This document shows positions 21,024 to 30,762 of a DNA stretch of 48,788 nucleotides, in pieces. Source of the DNA: Actinomycetota bacterium (GTDB taxonomy: Bacteria > Actinomycetota > CADDZG01 > JAHWKV01 > JAOPZY01); NCBI GenBank assembly GCA_025963875.1, contig JAOPZY010000172.1:1-48788 (forward strand), in the 5' to 3' direction. The translations under genes were made by a program, and so were the position numbers. Each line of letters starts with the position of its first letter. The first letter of the stretch is position 1. The notes beneath the pieces were generated by a model. The model saw only the letters and a list, made by a program, of their open reading frames with translations, had not been told where the DNA came from and made no database searches.

Positions 21024-22613
21024 TTATCGCGTTCCGGGGCTTGAGCGGGCAAGTTGCTCGAGCTCCTCGAAGGTGACCCGAGCCACCCGCCTGCGGCGGG
21101 CCCGGAGCGCCTGCAGGTCCCCCAGGGCCTGGGCATCCATCAGAGTGCCGAAGGGATACGGCTTGCCGGGGATCGGCAGGTCGATGTCCCGGCTGGTGTC
21201 CGTCACCTGGAGGAAGACCCCGGAGGTGGGACCGCCCTTGTGGAGCTGGCCGGTCGAGTGCAGGAACCGGGGGCCGAAGCCGACGGTGGTCGCGACGCGG
21301 TGCCGGTCTCGCAGGGCCAACCGGTCGAGCTGCAGGGCCGCCGCAGTCTCGGGGGTGCGGTCCAGGTAGGCCTGGATGGCGATGTAGTCGTCGGGAGCCA
21401 CGCCCTGGAGCAGTCCCGCCGCGTCGCCGGGGTCTGGCTCCTCTAGCTTGCCCCCCTCCTGGAGTGAGGCCAGGATGGCCCGGGTCGCCTGTTTGGCCTC
21501 CTCCACATTGGGCTGGTCGAAGGCGTTGATCCCCATCACGTGACCGGCGACCGCGGTGGCGAACTCGAAGCGGAAGATCTCGGCCCCCAGGGTCTTCGGG
21601 CCGCCGAACTCCAGCGTGACCACCGGGTGCCCCGCAGCGCGCAGCGGCGCCAGGCCGGGGTAGTCGCCGAGGGAGACGAAGAGGCGGTCCTCCCCGTACA
21701 CCTCGGGGGGGCCGATGTCCTCCCCCGCGACCGGCACGATGCCCTTGCCCTCCTTGCCGGTGGACTCGGCGACGAGCTGCTCGACCCAGTCGCCGAAGGA
21801 CTCCACGGACGCCGGGAGCACGAACGTGAGCTTGTCCTGGCCGGCCAGCCACGCCTCGCCCATGGTGGCCCCCAGCCAGGCGCCGGGGTTCTCGAACGCC
21901 GGCACCGCCTTGCAGCCGTCCGCCATCTCCTGGGCCGAGAAGAGCAGGTCCTCGAGGTCGGCACCGATCAGGGCAGCCGGGACGAGGCCGAAGAGCGACA
22001 GCGCCGAGTACCGGCCCCCGAGGTCGGGCGGGTTCTGGAACACCCGGCGAAATCCCTTCGAGCCCGCCAGCTCCTCGAGGGGCGTACCGGGATCCGTGAT
22101 GGCGATGAAGCTCGACCCCCGGCCGCCGGTCCTGGCGTAGAAGTGCTCGAAATGGGACAGCGTCTCCAGCGTGGTCCCGGACTTGCTCGCGACGATGAAC
22201 AGGGTGTGGTCGAGGTCGAGCGATGCCTCCACCCGCGCGATCGTCGCGGGGTGCGTCGTGTCGAGGACGGTGAGCTCCAGCGCGCCCGCCGCCGTGCCGT
22301 ACGTGCGGGCGAACATCTCCGGTGCCAGGCTGGACCCACCCATCCCCAGCAGGACCGCACGGGTGAACCCGTCCGCCGCCACCTGCCTTGCGAACGCCTG
22401 CAGCCCGGGGATCCTCCCCCGAAGGTCGGCGGGGAGGGTGAGCCAGCCGAGCCGGTTCGCGATCTCGGTCGGGTCGGGCTTCCACACGGTGTGGTCGTGG
22501 CTCCAGATCCGGGACACGATGTCGTCCGCGTCGAACTCCTTCAGCCGGCGGCGCACGGCAGAGGCCAGCTGGCCGAGGGACTTCTGCTCCTCAAAATGCT
22601 GCAGCGATGTCAT
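21024..22613 (-). CDS. pgi: Glucose-6-phosphate isomerase (type resembling the PGI half of Tal-Pgi fusions)
   Basis: RLGWL, GMGGSS, SKSGTTLET, GGRYSALS, EQLVAESTGKEG, FDQPNVE, HSTGQLHKGGP. Confidence 0.88.
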   Translation of the reverse strand: MTSLQHFEEQKSLGQLASAVRRRLKEFDADDIVSRIWSHDHTVWKPDPTEIANRLGWLTLPADLRGRIPGLQAFARQVAADGFTRAVLLGMGGSSLAPEMFARTYGTAAGALELTVLDTTHPATIARVEASLDLDHTLFIVASKSGTTLETLSHFEHFYARTGGRGSSFIAITDPGTPLEELAGSKGFRRVFQNPPDLGGRYSALSLFGLVPAALIGADLEDLLFSAQEMADGCKAVPAFENPGAWLGATMGEAWLAGQDKLTFVLPASVESFGDWVEQLVAESTGKEGKGIVPVAGEDIGPPEVYGEDRLFVSLGDYPGLAPLRAAGHPVVTLEFGGPKTLGAEIFRFEFATAVAGHVMGINAFDQPNVEEAKQATRAILASLQEGGKLEEPDPGDAAGLLQGVAPDDYIAIQAYLDRTPETAAALQLDRLALRDRHRVATTVGFGPRFLHSTGQLHKGGPTSGVFLQVTDTSRDIDLPIPGKPYPFGTLMDAQALGDLQALRARRRRVARVTFEELEQLARSSPGTR

Positions 22614-23223
22614 TGCGGTCCTCCTCGTCGGCGTTGATCGGCGTTTCGTTCCAGCGGGCCAAGACCGGCCACGTGTGCTCGTAGCCGAGGACGGAGACCC
22701 CGGCCGGGTCCAGGGCAAACCGACGGCCATCCTTCGGCGCCAGGTCGACCCAGCGGGCCGCGAGGATCCTGAGGACATGGCCGTGGGCAAAGATGGCCAC
22801 GTCGCCAGGCGTGGAGCGGACCTCGGCGATCACCCGGTCCACCCGGCGGCCCACGTCCTCGACGGTCTCGCCGCCCGGCACGCCGTCGTCCCAGAGCGTC
22901 CACCCCGGCCGCTCGGCGACGATGTCCTCGGTCGTCCTGCCCTCGTACTCCCCGTAGTCCCACTCGGCAAGGTCGTCACGGACCCCGGCAACCTCGCCGA
23001 AACCGGCCAGCCGGCAGGTCTCGACGGCACGCTGCCGCGGGCTGACCAGCACGTTGGCGAACTTCCGTCGCTGGAGGAGACGGCCAAGCGACACCGCCTG
23101 CTGGCGCCCGCGCTCCGTCAGCGGCACGTCCGTCCGGCCCGTGTGACGGCCCTGGAGCGCCCACTCGGTCTCACCGTGGCGGACAAGGACGACCTGTTGG
23201 CGATAAAGGGAGTTTTGGTCCAT
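22591..23223 (-). CDS. Histidine phosphatase family protein
   Basis: LVRHGETEW, SPRQRA, EWDYGEYEG, AHGHVLR. Confidence 0.92.
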   Translation of the reverse strand: MDQNSLYRQQVVLVRHGETEWALQGRHTGRTDVPLTERGRQQAVSLGRLLQRRKFANVLVSPRQRAVETCRLAGFGEVAGVRDDLAEWDYGEYEGRTTEDIVAERPGWTLWDDGVPGGETVEDVGRRVDRVIAEVRSTPGDVAIFAHGHVLRILAARWVDLAPKDGRRFALDPAGVSVLGYEHTWPVLARWNETPINADEEDRNDIAAAF

Positions 23224-23290
23224 GCCGTGAGGCTACCGCGACCGGCGCCCGCTGCAGGAGGAACGAGCCCGGGACGGGTAGCCTTTCGAC

Positions 23291-24229
23291 GTGGACGCCG
23301 AACCGATGGAACCGCACCCACCGATCGTAGCGATCATGCCTGTCCGTTACCCGCAGATCCTGGAGGCGGTGACCCGAGCCGGCGGGATCCTCGGCAGCCC
23401 CGCCGAGGCCGAGGGACTGGTGTGGACCGATCCCATGGCCCCCGACGACCTGGCGTCGGTCCTGGCCGGGTCGCCTGCCGCCTGGGTGCAGCTGCCCTTC
23501 GCCGGCGTGGAGTCCTTCGCCGAGCAGCTCGAGCCCGGCCGCATCTGGACCTCGGCCAAGGGGATCTACGGCCCGGCCGTGGCGGAGCATGCCCTCGCCC
23601 TCATGCTGGCTGCCGCCCGCGGCCTTCACCACTACGTCAAGTGCACGTCGTGGGCGTCCGCCGAGGTGGTGCCGGCCCGCCGCCTCAAGGGCTCCCGGGT
23701 GCTGATCGTCGGCACCGGTGGCATCGGGCGGGCGCTGGCCCGGCTCCTGGAGCCACTGGAACCGGAGATCACCGCCGTCAACCGCAGCGGCACCCCGATG
23801 GCCGGCGCCTCATCGACCGTCCCGACCGCCCTGCTGGGCGAGGTGGTCGGCCAGGCCGACTGGGTGGTGCTCGCGGCCCCCCTGACGCAGGAGACGACGC
23901 ACCTGTTCGACAGCCGGATGCTCGGCGCCATGAGCCGGCAGGCCTGGCTGGTCAACGTCGCCCGGGGAGGGCTGGTCGACACGGCCGCGCTCGTCGAGTC
24001 GCTGGAACACGGCGGCATCGGCGGCGCGGCCCTCGACGTCACCGACCCCGAGCCGCTCCCCGACGGGCACCCGCTGTGGAGCTTCTCCAACGTGATCATC
24101 ACGCCGCACATCGCCAACACGTGGGACATGGCCCTGCCGGAGCTTGCCGCGAGGGTGGAGCGCAACGTCCTGGCCCTCGGCGGCGGCACGCCACTCGAGG
24201 GCCAGGTGGACATCGCACTGCGGTACTGA
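23291..24229 (+). CDS. D-isomer-specific 2-hydroxyacid dehydrogenase
   Basis: VAEHA, GTGGIG, VNVARG, LDVTDPEP, TPHIA. Confidence 0.92.
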   Translation: MDAEPMEPHPPIVAIMPVRYPQILEAVTRAGGILGSPAEAEGLVWTDPMAPDDLASVLAGSPAAWVQLPFAGVESFAEQLEPGRIWTSAKGIYGPAVAEHALALMLAAARGLHHYVKCTSWASAEVVPARRLKGSRVLIVGTGGIGRALARLLEPLEPEITAVNRSGTPMAGASSTVPTALLGEVVGQADWVVLAAPLTQETTHLFDSRMLGAMSRQAWLVNVARGGLVDTAALVESLEHGGIGGAALDVTDPEPLPDGHPLWSFSNVIITPHIANTWDMALPELAARVERNVLALGGGTPLEGQVDIALRY

Positions 24230-24237
24230 GGGGGGGC

Positions 24238-25899
24238 TCAGAAGGCCGGCGACTCCCGGTAGACCCCGAAGACCCGCTTGAGCGCGTTCACCATCTCGCC
24301 GAGCGTGCACTCGGCCCGGGCGCAGTCGACGAGCAGCGGCATCAGGTTGGCATCGGTGCTGGCGGCAGCTTCGAGGGCCAGCAGGCTGTTCTCAACCGCT
24401 TTCGGCTCCCGGCCCGCCTTGCGGCGCTCGAGGGCTTCGACCTGCTGGGTCTCGGTTCCCGGGGGGATGGCCAGGACGCTGACCTCGCCCTCGCGCGGCG
24501 GCCGCTGGAAGCGGTTCACCCCCACCACGACCTTGCGACCCTCCTCGAAGAGTCGCTGGGAGCGGTAGGCGGCATCCGCGATCTCGGCCTGGAAGAATCC
24601 GTCCTCGATGCCCTGCAACATCCCGGCGAGGATGGACCCGTCCCCCATCTCGTCGATGCGGGCGAAGTACCGTTCCGCCTGGGACTCGATGCGGTCGGTG
24701 AGGGCCTCGACGAAGTAGGAGCCCCCGAGCGGATCGATGACATTGGCGGCGCCGGTCTCGTAGGCGAGGATCTGCTGGGTCCGCAGCGCGAGCTCGGCGG
24801 CCTCCTCGGTGGGCAGCGCCAGCACCTCGTCCAGGGAGTTGGTGTGGAGCGACTGGGTCCCGCCGAACACCGCCGCGAGCGCCTCGTAGGCCGTCCGGAC
24901 CACGTTGTTGTACGGCTGGGGCGCCGTGAGCGAGCACCCCGCCGTCTGGGTGTGGAAGCGCAGCCGGAGGGAGCGTTCGTCGGCGGCGCCGTAGCGGTTG
25001 CGCATCCAGCGTGCCCAGATACGCCGGGCGGCCCGGAACTTGGCGACCTCTTCGAAGAAGTCGATGTGGGAGTTGAAGAAGAACGACAGCCGGATGGCGA
25101 CCTCGTCGGCGGTCATCCCGTGGCCGACGCCGAGCTCCACATGGGCGAACCCGGAGGCGAGCGTGAAGGCCAGCTCCTGCGCGGCGGTCGAGCCGGCCTC
25201 CCGGATGTGGTAGCCGGAGATGGAGACCGGGTGGTACCGGGGCGCCTCGTCGCGGCAGAAGGCCATGAGGTCGGCCGTGAGGCGAAGGTGCGGCTCCGGG
25301 GGGTACACCCACTCCTTCTGGGCGATGTACTCCTTCAGGATGTCTGTCTGCAGCGTCCCCTGGAGGTCGTGCCATGCGACGCCCTGGCGCTCGGCGACGA
25401 CGAGCCACATCGCGAAGATCATCGCCGCAGGCCCCGAGATCGTCATCGACGTGGTGATCTCCGAGAGGGGGATGCCGTCGAAGAGGGTCTCCATGTCCGC
25501 CACCGAGTCGACGGCGACGCCGCAACGGCCGACCTCGCCCTCGGACTGGAGGTCGTCGGAGTCCCTGCCCATCAGCGTCGGCATGTCGAACGCTACGGAG
25601 AGGCCGGTCTGGCCCCGCTCGAGCAGGAACTTGTAGCGGCGGTTGGTCTCGGTGGCGTTCCCGTACCCGGAGAACTGCCGGAAGGTCCACAGCCTGCCCC
25701 GGTACATCGTCGGGTAGACGCCGCGGGTGTAGGGATAGGAGCCGGGGTAGCCGAGGTCCCGGTCGTAGTCGTTGTCCTTCAGGTCCGCCGGCGTGTAGAG
25801 AGGCTCCAGGGGCTCCGAGGAGAGGGTGTCGAAGTCGGCGTCGCGCACCCCGCCCTCTTCCGAGGCCCGGCGCCACTCCTCGAACGCCTCAAGGTCCAT
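24238..25899 (-). CDS. icmA: B12-dependent acyl-CoA mutase large subunit, isobutyryl-CoA mutase signature
   Basis: PYTRG, WTFRQF, DILKEYIAQKEW, SGYHIREAG, HTQTAG; no B12-binding DxHxxG domain. Confidence 0.75.
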   Translation of the reverse strand: MDLEAFEEWRRASEEGGVRDADFDTLSSEPLEPLYTPADLKDNDYDRDLGYPGSYPYTRGVYPTMYRGRLWTFRQFSGYGNATETNRRYKFLLERGQTGLSVAFDMPTLMGRDSDDLQSEGEVGRCGVAVDSVADMETLFDGIPLSEITTSMTISGPAAMIFAMWLVVAERQGVAWHDLQGTLQTDILKEYIAQKEWVYPPEPHLRLTADLMAFCRDEAPRYHPVSISGYHIREAGSTAAQELAFTLASGFAHVELGVGHGMTADEVAIRLSFFFNSHIDFFEEVAKFRAARRIWARWMRNRYGAADERSLRLRFHTQTAGCSLTAPQPYNNVVRTAYEALAAVFGGTQSLHTNSLDEVLALPTEEAAELALRTQQILAYETGAANVIDPLGGSYFVEALTDRIESQAERYFARIDEMGDGSILAGMLQGIEDGFFQAEIADAAYRSQRLFEEGRKVVVGVNRFQRPPREGEVSVLAIPPGTETQQVEALERRKAGREPKAVENSLLALEAAASTDANLMPLLVDCARAECTLGEMVNALKRVFGVYRESPAF

Positions 25900-25935
25900 C
25901 TCTCCCAGTGTATGTAAGAGCCGCGTGCGTCGGGC

Positions 25936-26907
25936 TCAGGCGCCGGCAAGGCCCAGCTTGGCGAGCAGCTCGGTGGCCGCCGCCCCCGGGTCGATCTCCC
26001 GGCGCTCGGCCCTCGTGACCAGGTCGTCCAGGATGGGGGCGGCCTCGCGGCCGACGTGGTACCGGACCCGCTCCGCCGCCAGATTGGCGATCTCCCTGGA
26101 CAGGCGAACCCGGCGCCGCTCACCGAGTTCGCCGGAGGCCTCCAGGTGGGCGCGGCGCGCCTTGACGGCCGCCCACAGCTCGCCCACGCCGGTCCCGGCG
26201 GTGGCCACGGTCTCCAGGACGGGAGGGCGCCACGGCAGGTGTGCCCCGAGGTCGATCATCTGGTTGAGCTCCCGAACGGTCTCCCGGCTCCCGTCCCGGT
26301 CGGCCTTGTTGACGACGAAGATGTCGCCGATCTCGAGCAGCCCCGCCTTGCCGGCCTGGATGCCGTCCCCCCACCGGGGCGTCACGACGACGACGGTCGT
26401 GTCGGCCGCATGCATGACCTCGATCTCGGACTGTCCGACCCCGACGGTCTCCACGAGGACGTAGGCGGCACCCGCGGCGTCCAGGATCCGGATGGCCTCG
26501 GGGGCTGCCAGCGCGAGGCCACCGAGGTGGCCGCGGGCGGCCATCGAGCGGATGAAGACACCGCCATCGGTGGCGTGGCCCTGCATCCGGACCCGGTCGC
26601 CGAGCAGCGCTCCGCCGCTGAAGGGTGAGGTCGGGTCGACGGCGAGGACCGCAACCCGATCGCCTTCCCCCCGGATCTGCGTGATGAGGGCCTGCACCAG
26701 GGTCGACTTGCCGGCCCCGGGCGCCCCCGTGACGCCGATGGTGAAGGCATGCCCGGTGTGCGGGAAGAGCTCCTGCATGACCGCTGGGAGGTCGGGAGCA
26801 CCCTTCTCCACGAGGGAGATCAGCCGGGCAACCGCCGGGCGCTCCCCCGCGAGGGCACGCTGGACGAGCGACTTTTGGCCCAGGGGGACCCCGACCTTGG
26901 CGTTCAG
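25936..26907 (-). CDS. meaB: Mutase-associated GTPase
   Basis: GAPGAGKST, VDPTSPFSGGALLGDRVRM, ETVGVGQSE, NKAD; start probably CTG. Confidence 0.93.
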   Translation of the reverse strand: MNAKVGVPLGQKSLVQRALAGERPAVARLISLVEKGAPDLPAVMQELFPHTGHAFTIGVTGAPGAGKSTLVQALITQIRGEGDRVAVLAVDPTSPFSGGALLGDRVRMQGHATDGGVFIRSMAARGHLGGLALAAPEAIRILDAAGAAYVLVETVGVGQSEIEVMHAADTTVVVVTPRWGDGIQAGKAGLLEIGDIFVVNKADRDGSRETVRELNQMIDLGAHLPWRPPVLETVATAGTGVGELWAAVKARRAHLEASGELGERRRVRLSREIANLAAERVRYHVGREAAPILDDLVTRAERREIDPGAAATELLAKLGLAGA

Positions 26908-27125
26908 TCGACCGCTACGACGCTGCGAACGCCGGGGACGTCCTCCCGGATGATCCGCTCGACGCCGGCTCGCAGGGTGACCGGCGACATGGGGCATCCG
27001 TCACAGGCTCCGAACAGCCGGATGGTCACGATGCCGTCGGCGATCCCGACGAGCTCGATGTCCCCGCCATCGAGCCGGACCGCCGGCCGGATCTTCTCAA
27101 GGGCACGGCGTACCTCATCCTCCAC
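26904..27125 (-). CDS. NifU/NfuA C-terminal domain protein
   Basis: IRPAVRLDGGDIEL...GACDGCPMS..TL. Confidence 0.9.
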   Translation of the reverse strand: MEDEVRRALEKIRPAVRLDGGDIELVGIADGIVTIRLFGACDGCPMSPVTLRAGVERIIREDVPGVRSVVAVD

Positions 27126-27165
27126 GATGTTCCATCCTAACTCGCCGGGAGGGGTCCCGAACAGG

Positions 27166-27585
27166 TCAATGTTCATCGATGAAGGTGGTGGGGACCTGGC
27201 CGGCGATCCGGACCAGCTCGTCGGCAGCCTTCACGTGGCGGACGATGACGTCCAGGTCCCCCCGCACCTTGAGTTTGCCCTGCATCATGCCGCGGACGGG
27301 ATCGAGCTCCCTGCGGATCACCTGCTTCCAGCGCGAGTAGGGGGCCCGGATGACGAACTGCGCCAGGTCGCCCTCTTCGGGTGGCACGTCGTAGCGGGCA
27401 GCCCGGCACTTCCCGTGCCAGAGGTCGAGCCAGGAGTAGATGGGGTCGGGCAGGAGGAGGGGTTCGGCCTCAAAGAGGAACGTGACGTCGCCCTCCCAGT
27501 TGACGGCGCACTCGGCGTAGGCCTTCGACGAGTTGATCTGGCAGACGTACGCCTTCAGCCAGTCCTTCCCGGGGAACAGCGGCAC
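27166..27585 (-). CDS. SCP2 sterol-binding-domain protein
   Basis: LFPGKDW, DPVRGMMQGKLKVRGDL. Confidence 0.85.
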   Translation of the reverse strand: MPLFPGKDWLKAYVCQINSSKAYAECAVNWEGDVTFLFEAEPLLLPDPIYSWLDLWHGKCRAARYDVPPEEGDLAQFVIRAPYSRWKQVIRRELDPVRGMMQGKLKVRGDLDVIVRHVKAADELVRIAGQVPTTFIDEH

Positions 27586-27651
27586 ACGCCTTACCTCCAG
27601 TCGAGGCGGAACGCCCTTCGGCTCAATCCTACGGTCGGCGGGGCGTCGCGA

Positions 27652-28944
27652 CTAGAGCGGGTCGAAGGAAGGGTCGACGGCGTCGGACCAGGCCTCCACC
27701 TCGGCCTCCACTTCGGCCCCGAGCCGGCGGAGCTTGTCCGGCAGGTCCTCGTAGCCGCGCTCGACGTGGTGGATGTCGTGGACGACGCTGTCCCCTTCGG
27801 CTCCGAGCGCGGCGATGACAAGTGCGACGCCCCCCCGCAGGTCGTGGGCGGTCACCGGCGCCCCCTCGAGGCGCGGGACGCCTCGGACGACTGCCTGATG
27901 GCCCTCGACGCGGACGTCCGCTCCCATGCGGCCCAGCTCCGCCACGTGGGCGAAGCGCGACTCGAAGACGTTCTCGGTGACGATGCTCGTGCCGTCGGCC
28001 GTGCAGAGGTAGGCGATCATCTGCGCCTGAAGATCGGTCGGGAACCCCGGGTAGGGCAGGGTGGCGAAGTCGACGGCGTTCGGCCGGTGGTCGATGCCCA
28101 CCTCCACGCCCGCAACGGTTGACCGCCATCGGGCGCCGCTGGCGGCAAGCTTGGAGAGGAAGACGTCGAGCTCCGCCGCCCTCGCACCGAGGAGCTCGAC
28201 CTCCCCCCGCGTGGCCAGGGCAGCCAGTGCCAGCGAGCCTGCCTCGATGGGGTCGGACGGCACGCGGTAGGTGGCGGGCGTCATCGCCTCCACCCCCTCG
28301 ATCTCGATGGTCGAGGTGCCGGCGCCGCTCACCTGGGCGCCCATCTGGCAGAGGAACCGGGCCAGGTCGACGATGTCGGGCTCCCGGGCGGCGTTGTCGA
28401 TGACCGTTCGGCCCCGGGCGAGGGTCGCGGCCGTGAGCACGTTCTCCGTCGCCCCCCGGCTGGGGAACTCAAGCACGATCCGCCTTCCCGTCAGCCCGGA
28501 CGTCACGCCCTCCAGGTAGCCGTGGTCGAAGTGGAAGCTCGCTCCCATCCGGCCGAGCGCCTCCTCGTGGAGGTCGAGCGGCCGGCTGCCGATGTTGCAG
28601 CCCCCGGGCATCGCCACCCGGGCGTGGCCCTGGCGGGCGAGCAGGGGGCCCAGGACGTTGACCGAGGCCCGCATCCGGTGCACCAGCTCGTAGGGCGCCT
28701 CGGAGTTGAGCTGGCCGGGAACCTCGATGGCCATGACATCGCCGAGGAAGTCCACCGAGGCACCGACGTGGCGGAGCACGTCGGTCATGGTGAAGACGTC
28801 GGCGATGCGGGGAACGTTGGCGAGCACCGTCCGGCCCTCGGCCAGCAGCGACGCCGCCATGAGCTTGAGGGCGGAGTTCTTCGCTCCCGAGACCACGACC
28901 GATCCCGAGAGCCGGTGACCACCTTCAACACGTAGGGACCCCAT
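27652..28944 (-). CDS. murA: UDP-N-acetylglucosamine 1-carboxyvinyltransferase
   Basis: GAKNSAL, MRAS, PGGCNIGSRP, NAAREP, PGFPTDLQ, DLRGG, RGYE. Confidence 0.97.
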   Translation of the reverse strand: MGSLRVEGGHRLSGSVVVSGAKNSALKLMAASLLAEGRTVLANVPRIADVFTMTDVLRHVGASVDFLGDVMAIEVPGQLNSEAPYELVHRMRASVNVLGPLLARQGHARVAMPGGCNIGSRPLDLHEEALGRMGASFHFDHGYLEGVTSGLTGRRIVLEFPSRGATENVLTAATLARGRTVIDNAAREPDIVDLARFLCQMGAQVSGAGTSTIEIEGVEAMTPATYRVPSDPIEAGSLALAALATRGEVELLGARAAELDVFLSKLAASGARWRSTVAGVEVGIDHRPNAVDFATLPYPGFPTDLQAQMIAYLCTADGTSIVTENVFESRFAHVAELGRMGADVRVEGHQAVVRGVPRLEGAPVTAHDLRGGVALVIAALGAEGDSVVHDIHHVERGYEDLPDKLRRLGAEVEAEVEAWSDAVDPSFDPL

Positions 28945-29006
28945 AAGGCGGCGATTCTACCCCTGCGGCACCCCTCCTCCGCGGAAGTGGGTCGGCTGCT
29001 GCCGCC

Positions 29007-29055
29007 GAACTGAGGAGTTTTTTACGCGTATGACTGCACTTTTTCTCCTCACTTC
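29007..29055. repeat. 49-bp palindromic element, copy D (more divergent)
   Basis: gaactgaggag...ctcctcacttc; same length as copies A-C. Confidence 0.65.
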
Positions 29056-29070
29056 GATGAACCGCACCTC

Positions 29071-29988
29071 TTAGCCAGCGTGCGGCGGCACACCTACGAG
29101 GCGGACCGCAGGAAAACTCCCCGATCGCTCGTAGGCGTTCTCGGCATACGTCGGCACCTTGACGGTGATCATGGTGTCCATGGTCGACGCCACGTTGGTG
29201 CCCCGGTAGCTCCCCAGTGTCGGAGCCGCCTCGGCCGGCTCGGCTGCGGCCGCCACCGTGACGTGGCGGTCGGCCACCGCCAGGCCCTGGGACGGGTCGT
29301 AGCCCCGCCAGCCGGCGCCGTTCAGGTACACCTCGCCCCAGGCGTGCAGGTCACGCTCGTTGCTGCCGGGGTCGCCCATCTCGTAGCCGGTGACGAAGCG
29401 CGCCGCGACCCCCACCGCCCGGCAGGCTTCGATGAACAGCACCGCCATGTCCCGGCAGGCCCCTCGCCGCAGCGCCAGCGTCTGCCCGGCAGGCATCGGG
29501 TCTCCGGTCGGCCGCACCTCCTGGGCCATCGAGGCGATCCGCTGGCACAGCTCCCCCAGGAACGAGGTGGCTCCCCCGCCGCTTGCCACCAGGACGTCCT
29601 TGGCGAAGGCCTGGACCTCGGGGTCGTCGGGCGGTTGGAGGTAGTGGGCCAGGGCCCGGCGGTCAGCCTCGCGGTAGGTCATCGGCATGCGGAGGCCTTC
29701 GGGGTCGAGCACGATGTAGTCGAACGGGTTCGTGCGCAGCGTCTCGATCGCGAACGTGGTCCTGAGCGTCAGCATCGAGGCGAGACCGAGGAACCAGACC
29801 TGCGACAGGGTGTTCCCCTCGGCGTCGAGCATCTCGGACATGCCCTCGGGCTGGGGGTCGACGGCCAGGTCGAAGGCGACGAGCCGCTGGAAGATGTCCG
29901 AGCGGGGGCGGAGGCGGACGATGAGCGGCTCGAGCAGCACAGGACGTTCGTAGGTGTACCGGGTCAGGTGGGCGACCTCGAACCGCAC
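29071..29988 (-). CDS. Transglutaminase-like protein
   Basis: HLTRYTY N-domain; triad GACRD / LHAWGEVY / GYDPS. Confidence 0.92.
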   Translation of the reverse strand: MRFEVAHLTRYTYERPVLLEPLIVRLRPRSDIFQRLVAFDLAVDPQPEGMSEMLDAEGNTLSQVWFLGLASMLTLRTTFAIETLRTNPFDYIVLDPEGLRMPMTYREADRRALAHYLQPPDDPEVQAFAKDVLVASGGGATSFLGELCQRIASMAQEVRPTGDPMPAGQTLALRRGACRDMAVLFIEACRAVGVAARFVTGYEMGDPGSNERDLHAWGEVYLNGAGWRGYDPSQGLAVADRHVTVAAAAEPAEAAPTLGSYRGTNVASTMDTMITVKVPTYAENAYERSGSFPAVRLVGVPPHAG

Positions 29989-29991
29989 CGC

Positions 29992-30762
29992 TCAGCCCTC
30001 CTCGAGCGTGGACTTGAGGAGCGGGGTCACATTCGACGGCCCCGTGCCCGCGAATGCCTCGTCCGCCCAGTCCGCCGGCATGACCTCGATCAGGCCCCGC
30101 AGGCTCTCGGTCCACCAGGCGGAGGCTTTCGACAGCTCCGCCGCCTCGTAGCGGCGCTGCTGGAGGTGGAACGACCCACGGTGGTAGATCACCACGTCCA
30201 TCGGGAAGTCCGTAGCGGTCGTGGAGGTGCGGGTGGCCTCGAAGGCGAGGTAACCGATCTTGAGCGCCGTCGGCAGGGGGGTCTCGTAGCGCAGACTGCG
30301 GTCGAGCAGCGGCTTGGCGTACCCCGATTCGCCGATGACGAAATAGGGTGTCTCACGACTTACTTCTACCCAATTTGCCTGCGGATAGAGCAGGTAGAGG
30401 CGGTGCTCCTTGTCGTTCTCGAACTGGCCCCCGATCAGGGCGTGGAGGTTGAAGCTGAGGTTGGAGGCATGGAGGGCCTCACGATCCTCCGCATCGACGA
30501 GGCGGACCTGGGCAGCGAAGGCATTCACCGCCTTGTACAGCTTGTCGAACGTGGCATGCGTCTGCTCGAGGGTCTCCTCGAAGTAGGTGAGGGCCTTGTC
30601 CCGTGCGGACCGCAGTCCCGAGGTCATGAGGAACATCGAGTGGCGTTTATCCTCGTAGATCGACACTTTGCACGCGGTCGAGGTCTCTCCCCCGGACGTG
30701 ATGCGCGAGTCCGAGATGGCCACCAGGCCTGCCTGGACCTTCATCGCAAGGCAGAACGTCAT
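29992..30762 (-). CDS. Proteasome-type Ntn protease (Anbu-like)
   Basis: M-T-FC start (Thr1), DSRI, TSGLRS, LIGGQ, LYLLYPQANW, IGESGYAKPLLDR; TAATG overlap with upstream gene. Confidence 0.88.
   Translation of the reverse strand: MTFCLAMKVQAGLVAISDSRITSGGETSTACKVSIYEDKRHSMFLMTSGLRSARDKALTYFEETLEQTHATFDKLYKAVNAFAAQVRLVDAEDREALHASNLSFNLHALIGGQFENDKEHRLYLLYPQANWVEVSRETPYFVIGESGYAKPLLDRSLRYETPLPTALKIGYLAFEATRTSTTATDFPMDVVIYHRGSFHLQQRRYEAAELSKASAWWTESLRGLIEVMPADWADEAFAGTGPSNVTPLLKSTLEEG

Noticed and set aside
22171..25917. 1248-aa plus-strand ORF and other long antisense ORFs (e.g. 6860-9670, 29080-30942)
   Set aside because: Shadow frames of GC3-rich real genes; no recognisable motifs
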